Positions 39,564 through 48,550 are shown, numbered from the stretch's first letter. The stretch: DNA of 64,000 bases from Candidatus Bathyarchaeota archaeon (GCA_963733055.1 CAVTBR010000001.1:672001-736000); one strand, 5' to 3'. Made by a program: numbers and translations. Notes: generated by a model not told the origin, from the sequence alone.

Positions 39564-40339
39564 CCTTTAGCACTGACTTTGATGCTGGCCTTCAGGGCTT
39601 CCATCAAATCCTTCGTGGCCTCAATCTCCGGAACCTTGGGTTCGAAGACCTCTTCCTTCCCCTTCATTTTGGCTTCTACCATTTCTGTCAACGCTTCCTG
39701 GTACCGGTCCTTGTACTCCTTCAGGTTGAACGGTTTCTTCATGATTCGTATGAGCTGCCCGGCGAGTTCCAGCTCCTCAGGTGAAACTTCGACCGGTTTT
39801 CTGAGTTCTTCAAAGTCGCTCGGGTCCCGGATTTCGTCCGCGTAATGCATCGTCTCCATGAGGATTGAGTTTCCGTAGGGTCGAATGGCTACCAAATGTT
39901 CCCGTTCATGCATGACGACTCTGCCTACGGCGACCTTTCCGTTTGATTGGAGTGCTTCGAGTAGGAGGAAGTATGGTTTCTTTGAGTCTTCAGTAGGGAC
40001 GAGGAAGTAGCCTTTGTCGAAGTAAATCGAATCGAGCTTATCCATGTCAACGAAGCGGAGGATCTCGATTGCTTTGCCGGATTTGATCTCGATCGTTTCA
40101 AGGTCTTTGTTTGTTAGAGCAACGTACTTTCCTTTCTCTACTTCATACCCTCGGAGGATGCTGTTCCATGGGACTTCTTTCTTATCCTTCGCGCAGACGC
40201 GCTTGAATTGTATCGGGCTCTTATCTCTGGGACACAGCAAGCGTAGGCCTACTTTGTGCTCAGAAACTGCTCCGAATCCCTTGACTGGGATGCTGACGAG
40301 GCCGAAGGTTATGGATCCACTCCAAGTAGCTCTTGGCAA
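39560..40339 (-). CDS. ku: Ku DNA-end-binding protein
   Basis: WSGSITFGLVSIPV, RGYE, IYFDKGYFL, MHYADEIR, YKDRY, DLMEALKASI. Confidence 0.95.
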   Translation of the reverse strand: MPRATWSGSITFGLVSIPVKGFGAVSEHKVGLRLLCPRDKSPIQFKRVCAKDKKEVPWNSILRGYEVEKGKYVALTNKDLETIEIKSGKAIEILRFVDMDKLDSIYFDKGYFLVPTEDSKKPYFLLLEALQSNGKVAVGRVVMHEREHLVAIRPYGNSILMETMHYADEIRDPSDFEELRKPVEVSPEELELAGQLIRIMKKPFNLKEYKDRYQEALTEMVEAKMKGKEEVFEPKVPEIEATKDLMEALKASIKVSAKG

Positions 40340-40518
40340 GGTTTGACCGATGGGATGGGGAGACGGGTGTACTTCAACAGTGTTCTTCCAATGCTACCCA
40401 CTTAGCTAAATCTTGCCAAACTCGGCATGGCCGGGCGGATGGTTTAACCCGCAGACAGTGCAATGTTCAATGAAAATAGAACCGTTAGGTTCATCCTCAA
40501 ATTCCCTGGGAACGTTTC

Positions 40519-41415
40519 TTGGCAAATAAAGAACAACTGGTTCGAGTCGACGGCCGCGACCTCAAACTCACTAATTTAGATAAGGTCCTCTGGCCGGATG
40601 AGAAGATAACTAAGGCTGAAGTGATAAAATACTACGCGGACCTAAGCGAGTACATCATATCGTTTCTCAAAGACCGGCCCATAATGACGCGCCGTTATCC
40701 TCAGGGGATAACTGAACAATACTTTGTTCAGAAACACTTTCCCCACGTTCCTGAATGGGTGAAGCTCTTCTCTTTCAAATCCGAACACTATGTTCTCTGT
40801 AACGACCTTCCCACTCTGATTTGGTTAGGAAATCTCGCGGCAATTGAGATCAACCACATGCTCGCGAAAGCACCCAACGTAACCAGACATGACATGGTTC
40901 TCATAGACCTAGACCCACACCTACCGGCCAGTTTCGACGATGCGAGAGTCGCTGCTCGCGGCGTGGCAACCGTGCTTGAACGGTTAGAACTGGAATTCCT
41001 GCTGAAGACGTCGGGTGCAGACGGAATACACTTCCTAATTCCGATCGAACGACGTTACAGTGTTGAGAAGATTAGGAAGTTCGTGTACCTAATCGGAAAA
41101 CTCATCGAGAAAGCAAATCCAGATTTGGCCACCGTGTCAACGAAGGCGGATGGGAAGAAAGGCCACGTGTACGTGGACTTCCTGCAAAACGGTCTAGAGA
41201 AAACGATTACCGCCCCGCTAAGCATTCGGGCACTTCCAGGAGCCCCTGTCTCCTATCCTCTATCAGTCAAACAGTTGGACGACCATAAACTGAACCCACA
41301 AAATTTCACGGTCCGAAAAGCCCCTCGAAAATCCGCTGCGCTCCGAAAGATGCTTCGCATCAATCAACCCCAAGACCTTGGCCGGGTCTTCGCCAAACTG
41401 GGCATTAAGACCTAA
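40519..41415 (+). CDS. NHEJ primase-polymerase (LigD PolDom)
   Basis: LTNLDKVLWP, RYPQG, IDLDP, KTSGxxGIH, VDFLQN, S(I)RALPGAPVSYP. Confidence 0.92.
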   Translation: MANKEQLVRVDGRDLKLTNLDKVLWPDEKITKAEVIKYYADLSEYIISFLKDRPIMTRRYPQGITEQYFVQKHFPHVPEWVKLFSFKSEHYVLCNDLPTLIWLGNLAAIEINHMLAKAPNVTRHDMVLIDLDPHLPASFDDARVAARGVATVLERLELEFLLKTSGADGIHFLIPIERRYSVEKIRKFVYLIGKLIEKANPDLATVSTKADGKKGHVYVDFLQNGLEKTITAPLSIRALPGAPVSYPLSVKQLDDHKLNPQNFTVRKAPRKSAALRKMLRINQPQDLGRVFAKLGIKT

Positions 41416-41467
41416 TCTATCCAGTGACGTTTTCGGCGTGTTTGCGTGGAAGTTTCCGGTAGCGAAC

Positions 41468-42454
41468 TTAGAGCCACAAATGCCTTTCTTTCAAAATGGT
41501 TTTTCCATCGATTTCGACGTGTGCTCGCTTGAAGACTAGGTCTATGTGAAGAGGCGCTTTGTTCTTGCCTCCCAACTTACCGTTGTCCCCTAACGCGATG
41601 TGTGCTGTTCCAAACGCTGCCTCATCCTCAATAATAGCACCTCGAATTTGCGCGAGTGGATTCAGCCCCATCCCAAACTCCGCTACGTTGAATACGGCTC
41701 CATTTCGCGCATCCTGAAGGACCTTCAATAGCAAACGTGCCTCGCGTCCCCCCGTGATCTTTGTAGCTCTGCCTTGTGAGAATTCAATTTTGATGGGTTG
41801 GCGCACGACGCCGTTCACTGAGGTGCTGCCATCAATTACTAGGGTCCCATTTGTTGACCCTTCAACGGGGGCTACGTACGCCTCAATATCAGGAACTCCG
41901 GTTGCATCGCCTGGACGTTTGGACATTCCGGTTACCGCACCCCCTCTTCTTCCAAACACGCTCAAATCGAGATCAGTGCCTGCCCGATTTCTTACTCTGA
42001 TTCTTCTCGCAAGAGTCAAACGGCGCGCTACCTTCTTAACGAGAGTTTCTTGTTTTTCGAAGTCAGCAAACATGGCGTTGGAAGCCAAGACCGGCAGAGT
42101 GCAGCAAGCCATTGATAGAAACCGAGCCCCCGCACTGCAGGCTGCAATCCTCGCGTTGGAATGATAGAGCGTCGTACTAGCGACGGATATGATGATGTCA
42201 GAGGATTGCATCGCAGAGACGACGGGACCGGGTGGCTCGCTTCCGGGCAGCGATCTAGGTCTCATCGTAATCATGCTTGCTTCTATATCCAGCGAATTCG
42301 CGGCGGCGACTATCATATCGCCTATGCGCGGATCGGTCTCAGAGTCCGTCACGATTAGAAGGCTCTCATTAGGTCTCGCGCGAGCGCAAACTCGAAGCAG
42401 ATTCACCGCACCTTTGAAGGCTCTCGTCAGAGTGTTCACCCGATCGACAAACAC
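41468..42454 (-). CDS. Leucyl aminopeptidase-like (aminopeptidase T / M29 fold) protein
   Basis: EPP, GTDL, PDIEAYVAP, AEFGMGLNP, EDE, HIALGDN, HID. Confidence 0.8.
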   Translation of the reverse strand: MFVDRVNTLTRAFKGAVNLLRVCARARPNESLLIVTDSETDPRIGDMIVAAANSLDIEASMITMRPRSLPGSEPPGPVVSAMQSSDIIISVASTTLYHSNARIAACSAGARFLSMACCTLPVLASNAMFADFEKQETLVKKVARRLTLARRIRVRNRAGTDLDLSVFGRRGGAVTGMSKRPGDATGVPDIEAYVAPVEGSTNGTLVIDGSTSVNGVVRQPIKIEFSQGRATKITGGREARLLLKVLQDARNGAVFNVAEFGMGLNPLAQIRGAIIEDEAAFGTAHIALGDNGKLGGKNKAPLHIDLVFKRAHVEIDGKTILKERHLWL

Positions 42455-42543
42455 AGAATTGGGCTAATGTAAGGAATATTCAATCTACGTGGCCTCGAAG
42501 GGACTCCGCTCGCAAAGGGAGCGGTGAAATGAAACATTTCGTA

Positions 42544-43512
42544 TTAAATTGGAGCTAAACGCTTAATGATTCGTTCCAAGAACGCGGTTCGTTCTTCCAA
42601 CTGTTCTATAGCCGCTTTCTGTTCCCCTATCTGTGCCTGCTGTTCATTATTCGTGGTCGTTAGTTCCTTTATCGCTTGCACTGCGACAGCTAGTATCGCC
42701 AGATGGTCGTAGCCTTCAGCGTAGCCCGGTTCTGCTCGGTCCCAGTCTACGACGGTTGGTAGAACTTTCCCTACTTCTTCAGCTATGAAGCCCATTGTCT
42801 TCTTAGCAGGGGTTTCTTTGCGGTTGTAGGCGACCGGGTGAAGTTGCTTAAGCATCTCAACTCCAGCCGTTAAGGGTTCAATGTTCTCCTTCCAGCGCAC
42901 AGATGAACCCGAGATCCATGCACCTGTCCCATCGCAGTATGCTCCACCATTAAGGTGAATCAGGTGCGAAGGATGAGCCGTACCAACACCGATGTTCCCT
43001 TTCGAATCGATTAACAGTCTTATGGTTCCCGGCGGATTCTCGAGGTAGAACTGCCCTGCCGTTAGCCCGAAACCGTTGTTGGTTCCTCCTACAGCCACGC
43101 GCCATCTCACGTTGTCTCCAGAAAGCCAGTCTACAAGCGCAGTCCTGTCCCGATCTATGCGTGCGACGTTCTTGAACTGTGCAACAAGGTAGCCGCCAAA
43201 GGCCTCTGCGCTGAGAGCGTATTCATTCCCTTCGTCGTTGGTAGCTCGAACACCTATGCCTGAGGAGGAATCACCCTCGACACCAATCCCGCTCTTTGAA
43301 GCGCCATTTACGCCTACGCGGGAATCCGACCAACCTTGGACACCGGTGTTGTCCGAGGAATTACCATAGACGCCCGCCCCGCCTGACGAGTTGCCATAGA
43401 CACCATAACCCAAATCTGAATCACCTTCGACAGCTGTTAAACCTGAGGTACTGGTTGCGCGGAGAACCGGACTCTTTGCGTCAGAGTATGAGGCAGTGGT
43501 CAAACTCATCAC
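42544..43512 (-). CDS. Tail-fibre-like protein with C-terminal intramolecular chaperone (peptidase S74) domain
   Basis: GVxGxS repeats, GNIGVGT, SSVRWKENI, GFIAEEV, QAIKEL plus coiled coil. Confidence 0.85.
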   Translation of the reverse strand: MMSLTTASYSDAKSPVLRATSTSGLTAVEGDSDLGYGVYGNSSGGAGVYGNSSDNTGVQGWSDSRVGVNGASKSGIGVEGDSSSGIGVRATNDEGNEYALSAEAFGGYLVAQFKNVARIDRDRTALVDWLSGDNVRWRVAVGGTNNGFGLTAGQFYLENPPGTIRLLIDSKGNIGVGTAHPSHLIHLNGGAYCDGTGAWISGSSVRWKENIEPLTAGVEMLKQLHPVAYNRKETPAKKTMGFIAEEVGKVLPTVVDWDRAEPGYAEGYDHLAILAVAVQAIKELTTTNNEQQAQIGEQKAAIEQLEERTAFLERIIKRLAPI

Positions 43513-43573
43513 GTAAGATTCGTATGACGAAGTCTTAATTCTTCCGGAAGTCCAACAAGTCTCTTCGAATACC

Positions 43574-43590
43574 GAAGTAATGCTTACTTC
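43574..43590. promoter_or_regulatory. Palindrome GAAGTAA-TGC-TTACTTC upstream of the S74 gene
   Basis: Perfect 7-bp arms; a second palindrome CTTCCGGAAG at 43541-43550. Confidence 0.3.
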
Positions 43591-43642
43591 AGAGTTGACG
43601 AATTCTACCTGACCTTCTAAAGAAGGTTAAAGCGAAGATGGT

Positions 43643-44227
43643 TTAGAGGATGAACGGAATCAATCGCTTCGTTCGCTTCAAGTATTGCAGGTATTCGTCT
43701 CCAAGTTCTCCAATGAGCAGCTTTTCTTCCACTTTAATTCGGTAGGTAAAGGCAAGGGTGAACAGAACGGCGAGAACGAGGACACCCGCCAAAGATCGAA
43801 GCGCGAATCCTAACCCAATAATGGTCAGCATGGTACCAGTGTATGCGGGATGACGCACGACGCTGTAGGGACCGTTTTGTACGACCTTGTGGTCTTCACG
43901 AACTCGAACGCTGTAGGAGAAATACCTTCTCAGCGTCACAACCGCCCATTCTCGGACAAAGATTCCTAGCAGCATCATTACGATGCCGAGGTAGAACACC
44001 CAGCCAGTTAGAATCCATACTCGAGTCTGGGCGAAATAGAAGGCGATTGTGATGGAGATGAAGATGCTTCCGTATATTATCAAAAGTGAGCCCCTGTCCC
44101 GTCTAACCCTTGTCCCGCTCTGACCACTCCGAAGGATGATAATTCGTTCCAATATGAGACTGAGTATCCAGCCGGCGTAGACCACGTAGAAGGCTGCTTG
44201 ATCGAGTTGCGATGCGAACGGGGACAT
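43643..44227 (-). CDS. Isoprenylcysteine carboxyl methyltransferase family protein
   Basis: HKVVQNGPYSVVRHPAYTG, RIKVEEKLL, YxxYxKRTKRLIP; start probably ATG 44227. Confidence 0.9.
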   Translation of the reverse strand: MSPFASQLDQAAFYVVYAGWILSLILERIIILRSGQSGTRVRRDRGSLLIIYGSIFISITIAFYFAQTRVWILTGWVFYLGIVMMLLGIFVREWAVVTLRRYFSYSVRVREDHKVVQNGPYSVVRHPAYTGTMLTIIGLGFALRSLAGVLVLAVLFTLAFTYRIKVEEKLLIGELGDEYLQYLKRTKRLIPFIL

Positions 44228-44320
44228 CTGAGCCTGAGCCCTGCTCCCCTTGTCGATCCCTCCTTCATAATGCCTAGCGAAGGCAAGTATCACTCTCTAG
44301 AAAGGATCTAGGCATGGAAG

Positions 44321-44580
44321 TTTGTTCCCCCAGGAACAAATTCAGTTTCCGAGCCGCCTCGAACACGGGGCTGCTGGGGTAGGGGTTTCGAGAAGGCGTG
44401 TGTGTGATACACGGTGAATTACACCAATCTTTTTCCCGGCACAATGGGGCGGCGACAGCCTGATTTGTGCACATCCTAGGAACCCTCTACCCCAAGTCCA
44501 CGTATTCTCACGTACTGCGGGTGAACTTGGACACAGTTGAACTGAACTGGGTCCTGGTTCGTTCCTTCGTTCTGTTCCTG
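44321..44580 (+). ncRNA. Candidate structured non-coding RNA (~260 nt), family not recognised
   Basis: At least seven nested helices with G-U wobbles on the + strand; pyrimidine-rich 3' tract. Confidence 0.55.
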
Positions 44581-44582
44581 AG

Positions 44583-44960
44583 TTAGAGGTATTTTCTGAT
44601 CTGGGTCTCGAGTTCTTCTGGGCTGACGATGTGGACATTGGACCCTACGTCGCCTAGAAGTTTGCGTGCTTTCTGGCGAAGCTGGGATGGGGCAATCAGT
44701 AGGACCGGTATGTTGTGTGTTTTGCAGGCAACGAGCATGTTGTTCAGCATGAGCTCGAACATAGCCGTACGCTCTTGTTCGGCGGGTATAATCTTGTGGA
44801 GGTATCCAACAACTACGTCCACCTCCCCTTTGCCCAAGTGATTAACGGGTTTCCCGTGTGCGTCCCACGTGTTTGCTATGGGAAGTGTTTCAATTCCTTC
44901 AACAGCGAGCGTGGCCAAGAGAAGAGGGTCAGTTCCCTCGAAATATCCCACCCTACCCAT
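44583..44960 (-). CDS. Conserved hypothetical protein (alpha/beta)
   Basis: GYFEGTD, NxWDxHGK, VVGYLHK pattern; clean ORF. Confidence 0.8.
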   Translation of the reverse strand: MGRVGYFEGTDPLLLATLAVEGIETLPIANTWDAHGKPVNHLGKGEVDVVVGYLHKIIPAEQERTAMFELMLNNMLVACKTHNIPVLLIAPSQLRQKARKLLGDVGSNVHIVSPEELETQIRKYL

Positions 44961-45094
44961 ATTTTCAACTTCTAATGAAACCGACCGTTAAGTTCGGACT
45001 GCTTCAACTAATGAACATAACGTACCCCTGAGCCTTTGAAGTCAAGGTTTTCATGAACGATCTGAATGATGCTGACACCTAAGGAGATCGGACT

Positions 45095-45934
45095 TTGAAA
45101 TCTCAGGTTGAGAAAGCTGAGGAATTCCGCTCGCTTCACCACACGAAACGCCTGCTTGTCCTTCCGAATGCTTGGGATGTCCCGAGCGCTAGAGTATTCG
45201 AAGACGCCGGTTTCCCCGCCATCGCAACATCAAGCGCAGCCCTATCAGTGTCTCTCGGCTATCCTGATGGGGAAAAAATAGACAAAGACGAACTATTTGC
45301 GGTGGTAAGGAAGATCGCGGGCATTCTCACAATACCCCTCAGCGCGGACATAGAGGCGGGATTCGGTGCCAGCATAGAGCAGCTCTCCGACACTATTCGT
45401 CGAGTAATCGAATCCGGTGCGATAGGCGTAAACGTCGAGGACATATCTGACTTCGAAAAGAAATCTCTCGTTCCGATCGAGAAGCAGGTTGAGAGGCTTA
45501 AGGCCGTCAGGAGAATTGCGGATTCTATGGGCGTTCCTCTCGTGATAAACGCACGCACCGATGCCTACCGGTTTGGCGCTGGGGACGAGAAGTCTAAGCT
45601 TGAGGAGACGATTCGAAGGGAGAAAGCCTACGAAGCGGCAGGTGCAGACTGCCTGTACCCGATGGGGTTGACAGACAAAGAAACCATCGCTACTTTCGTC
45701 AAGGCTGTAAACAAACCGGTGAATATTATGGCGCGCAAAGGGGCACCCACAATTTCTGAGTTAGAGAAGATCGGCGTCAAACGACTCAGCCTCGGGCCGG
45801 GGCCAATGTATGCCTCCGTAGGCCTCTTGAGAAGGATTGCGCAAGAATTGAAGCAGAACGAATCTTACGAGAGTTTGCTTGCTGGTGCGATTACCTTTGA
45901 CGAGTTAAACGCCCTCGCCAAGCCTAAACCCTAA
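45095..45934 (+). CDS. Isocitrate lyase/PEP mutase family protein
   Basis: LPNAWD, ATSS, ADIEAGFG, NVED, INARTD, AGADC. Confidence 0.92.
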   Translation: MKSQVEKAEEFRSLHHTKRLLVLPNAWDVPSARVFEDAGFPAIATSSAALSVSLGYPDGEKIDKDELFAVVRKIAGILTIPLSADIEAGFGASIEQLSDTIRRVIESGAIGVNVEDISDFEKKSLVPIEKQVERLKAVRRIADSMGVPLVINARTDAYRFGAGDEKSKLEETIRREKAYEAAGADCLYPMGLTDKETIATFVKAVNKPVNIMARKGAPTISELEKIGVKRLSLGPGPMYASVGLLRRIAQELKQNESYESLLAGAITFDELNALAKPKP

Positions 45935-45944
45935 TTGGAGCACC

Positions 45945-46166
45945 TCAACCCGCATGCTTGCCATTTTGAGCAGTTACTCCGTAGAGCAGAAGGAGTGCGG
46001 CTAGGAGGATTAAGGGGATCGCGATCAACAGGTTCGGGTAGATTGTCACGTCGCGTGTTGGGTTCTGTAACGTTACAACGAGTGGAATAGGAGCCGCAAC
46101 CAAAACGACAGCTAGAACCACTACCCCGAGCAAAAGCCCAAGTCTATTCAACGCACCATACCTCAA
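45945..46166 (-). CDS. Small two-TM membrane protein
   Basis: Two hydrophobic helices; TATA-like element upstream. Confidence 0.65.
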   Translation of the reverse strand: MRYGALNRLGLLLGVVVLAVVLVAAPIPLVVTLQNPTRDVTIYPNLLIAIPLILLAALLLLYGVTAQNGKHAG

Positions 46167-46239
46167 TACTCTCTAGTCGCGAGCGTCGATAAACTATAAG
46201 CGTAGGAAGATAATTCTTCCCTAAGAGCAGTTAGCCTTG

Positions 46240-46350
46240 ATGTCTAGGTTCGAGAAAGAAGGCCAGCGTCTTGCTTGCGATAAGTGCGGTTTCGAAGCGA
46301 ACAGTCAAGAAATCTTCGCCCTCCATAAGAAAAACTGCCCTAGAATCTAG
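46240..46350 (+). CDS. 36-aa C2HC zinc-finger microprotein (MSRFEKEGQRLACDKCGFEANSQEIFALHKKNCPRI), not in ORF track
   Basis: C-x2-C-x12-H-x3-C spacing; TATA-like TATAAG near 46195. Confidence 0.6.
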   Translation: MSRFEKEGQRLACDKCGFEANSQEIFALHKKNCPRI

Positions 46351-46414
46351 AAATCAGACTCAATCTAACCCGATATAGATTCAAGGCACATACAGAAAAC
46401 AGGCGTATGCTTTC

Positions 46415-46675
46415 ATGGTCACAACTGTGGAAGGGTTTTCTTTCAGCGAATTCTGCCTAAAGTGCCAGAAAGTTACGGAACACAGAGTCGAAGTTGAGGG
46501 TAAGGACTTCTTCGGAGCCTGCTCTTCATGCGGCCAAAGTCGAATAATGACCGGTTTGAACCAGGTCTATTACCCGAAAACAGAGCTATGGGTCACTCGG
46601 TTCAAGATCGGAAACCTAGCGGGCGTCGTGACTGGAAAGCTCCTAGACGCCGCCAAACACGTGAGCAGGAATTGA
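46415..46675 (+). CDS. Small zinc-ribbon protein
   Basis: FCLKCQKVTEH...CSSCG. Confidence 0.7.
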   Translation: MVTTVEGFSFSEFCLKCQKVTEHRVEVEGKDFFGACSSCGQSRIMTGLNQVYYPKTELWVTRFKIGNLAGVVTGKLLDAAKHVSRN

Positions 46676-47070
46676 AGATCGGAAAGTAAACCATGAGGAT
46701 GATAAGAGATTCAAACCGACATTACGCGTAAGTGAGCACGTATTTCCCCGCAAATTGCAGCAAAAGGATCACTGCTAACGTCGCGAAAACACTCACAGCC
46801 GATGAAACGTTTCCGAAAATTTTCATTCGAAATTCGGAATCTATGAGCATTCGCTGAGATTATTCTCGCAAAAGAAAATTCTAGTTTAGGGATTCGCTGT
46901 AGCATTTCGGGCCTGCAAGGGAATGCGAACCGATTTTCGTGATGCTACGGAAAATTTAGGAAGAAAAAAATTTCTTGAAAATAATTTTTCGTCGAGGTAA
47001 CGCTTATATCTCAATTATTTAATCATAAGGAAAATAGGGATTTCTAACCGGAGGACCTTGAGTACAAACA

Positions 47071-47523
47071 ATGTCTCCTAGACCTTACGCTTACAGACAT
47101 GTTGTCGCAACACTCCATGGATGCCGCGCAGACATGCTCGACGACAAATTGATGCTCGACACAACCTTGAAAGCAATTCACGACGCCAACATGCACTTAG
47201 CCAAAACCAAGACCTCGAACCCACTCGTCTACCGAGTCGGAGACGACATCATGGGTGGAGGAGTAAGCGTAAACGCGTTGATTACAACCAGCCACCTCAC
47301 CGTCCACACGTCCAGAAAATTCCGAACGGTGGAGTTCGACTGCGCCACATGTGGGTGTGACAGTAACCCGTGGGCGTCTCTGGACACGTTTAGGCAAGCA
47401 TTGGGGCCGACGCACGTGACTATGCAGTACCAACACGGAGAACGCCCGTTGCTAACCCTTCCTCCAATTCCGGCGATTTCGCGGCCAAGGCGAAGTAAGC
47501 AGGAAGCTGCGCTTAGCTACTAG
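47071..47523 (+). CDS. S-adenosylmethionine/arginine decarboxylase (SpeH-like) family, divergent
   Basis: HVVATLHGC, GGVSVNALITTSHLTVHT, FDCATCG, P; TATA CTTATATC near 47003 and GGAGG. Confidence 0.75.
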   Translation: MSPRPYAYRHVVATLHGCRADMLDDKLMLDTTLKAIHDANMHLAKTKTSNPLVYRVGDDIMGGGVSVNALITTSHLTVHTSRKFRTVEFDCATCGCDSNPWASLDTFRQALGPTHVTMQYQHGERPLLTLPPIPAISRPRRSKQEAALSY

Positions 47524-47944
47524 GCCCTTTTTCCTCGTCCTCGGCTACTGCTAACTCTAGTTTTCTTACAGAATTCCCTATTTCGTCAAGCAATGCTTGG
47601 TCTACTTGCGGCTCAAGGCTCAGGATCAGTAGGTGCGCAGCCGTTCGATAGAGCGCCAAGAACACCTTATCATAACGAACCGTTAAACGCCTCATTGCTC
47701 CGCAGAACGGCCGCAGCTTTTCTGCCGAATCGACCATCAACGGCGCGGCCATTCTTATGAAATCGCGGTCAGTTTGAGCTGGAGTAAGAGAGGAAACCCC
47801 TTCCCGCATCTTTGATTCGAGCAGATCATATCGAGGGTTCAGGATTGCAACGTATCTGATCCGCTTGTCAAGTTTGAAGACGTTTTCAGTTATTCCCTTG
47901 ATGTCAACCAAGCCATTTCGCATCTGATTGTTTATCCGTTTCAT
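47513..47944 (-). CDS. Roadblock/profilin-like small protein of the TACK-expanded type (DUF6659-like)
   Basis: IRYVAIL...KMREGVSSL...VRYDKV...LILSLE. Confidence 0.7.
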   Translation of the reverse strand: MKRINNQMRNGLVDIKGITENVFKLDKRIRYVAILNPRYDLLESKMREGVSSLTPAQTDRDFIRMAAPLMVDSAEKLRPFCGAMRRLTVRYDKVFLALYRTAAHLLILSLEPQVDQALLDEIGNSVRKLELAVAEDEEKGPSS

Positions 47945-48031
47945 ATATGAACTTCAACCGCCAACCCAGATTACCTGGCGTAAACGCTTAATTCAAAGCA
48001 GCCTTGGAAGGCGCATAGAAGCGTTCGAACA

Positions 48032-48550
48032 TTGCTCGACTCAACCAAGATAAGACGTGAGATAGGAAGACAATACGAAAAAGACCCCCAAGGGTGGCGG
48101 GTTTTAGTAGGAAAAGATGGGTCGGGCTTCTACGACGCCCTGATCTCACACGGAAACGAAGCTTGGCAAGTAAAAGAGTACCAGGTCAACCCGTACAAGT
48201 TCGTAGGCCTCGGTTCACGACTCCCAAGCCTAAGCTCCAGTCCGCTGATACCTCAGGAACACCCATTCGGCCTTAGGGCGATCGGGTTAGACCAAATTAA
48301 GGAAATGGCGTCCATAATCGATGATCCCAAGACCATGAATGAATTCGCGGCCAAACTTCTCAGTCGAAGCCCAGTAAGCGCTAGCGAGGCAGTAGAAAGC
48401 CCAGCCATCTTACAGGGCCCAATACTTCAGTCCCCAAGGCCCTTAGAGGCCCTCTCCTCTGCTCACACAGTATTAGACGACAAACTAAGGAAAGAGCTGC
48501 AGAACCTTATCCGCAGAGACTACCGCCACACGCTCACCCCATACATTTGA
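48032..48550 (+). CDS. Conserved archaeal hypothetical protein
   Basis: DPQGWRV, WQVK, NPY, FGLR pattern. Confidence 0.75.
   Translation: MLDSTKIRREIGRQYEKDPQGWRVLVGKDGSGFYDALISHGNEAWQVKEYQVNPYKFVGLGSRLPSLSSSPLIPQEHPFGLRAIGLDQIKEMASIIDDPKTMNEFAAKLLSRSPVSASEAVESPAILQGPILQSPRPLEALSSAHTVLDDKLRKELQNLIRRDYRHTLTPYI

Noticed and set aside
40411-41406. Imperfect direct repeat TCTT(C)GCCAAACT(C/G)GGCAT flanking the PolDom gene
   Set aside because: Short and imperfect, second copy is coding sequence; could be chance and there is no recombinase nearby
44274-44638. Minus-strand ORFs over the structured region
   Set aside because: Not protein-like and overlap neighbours; RNA structure explains the region better
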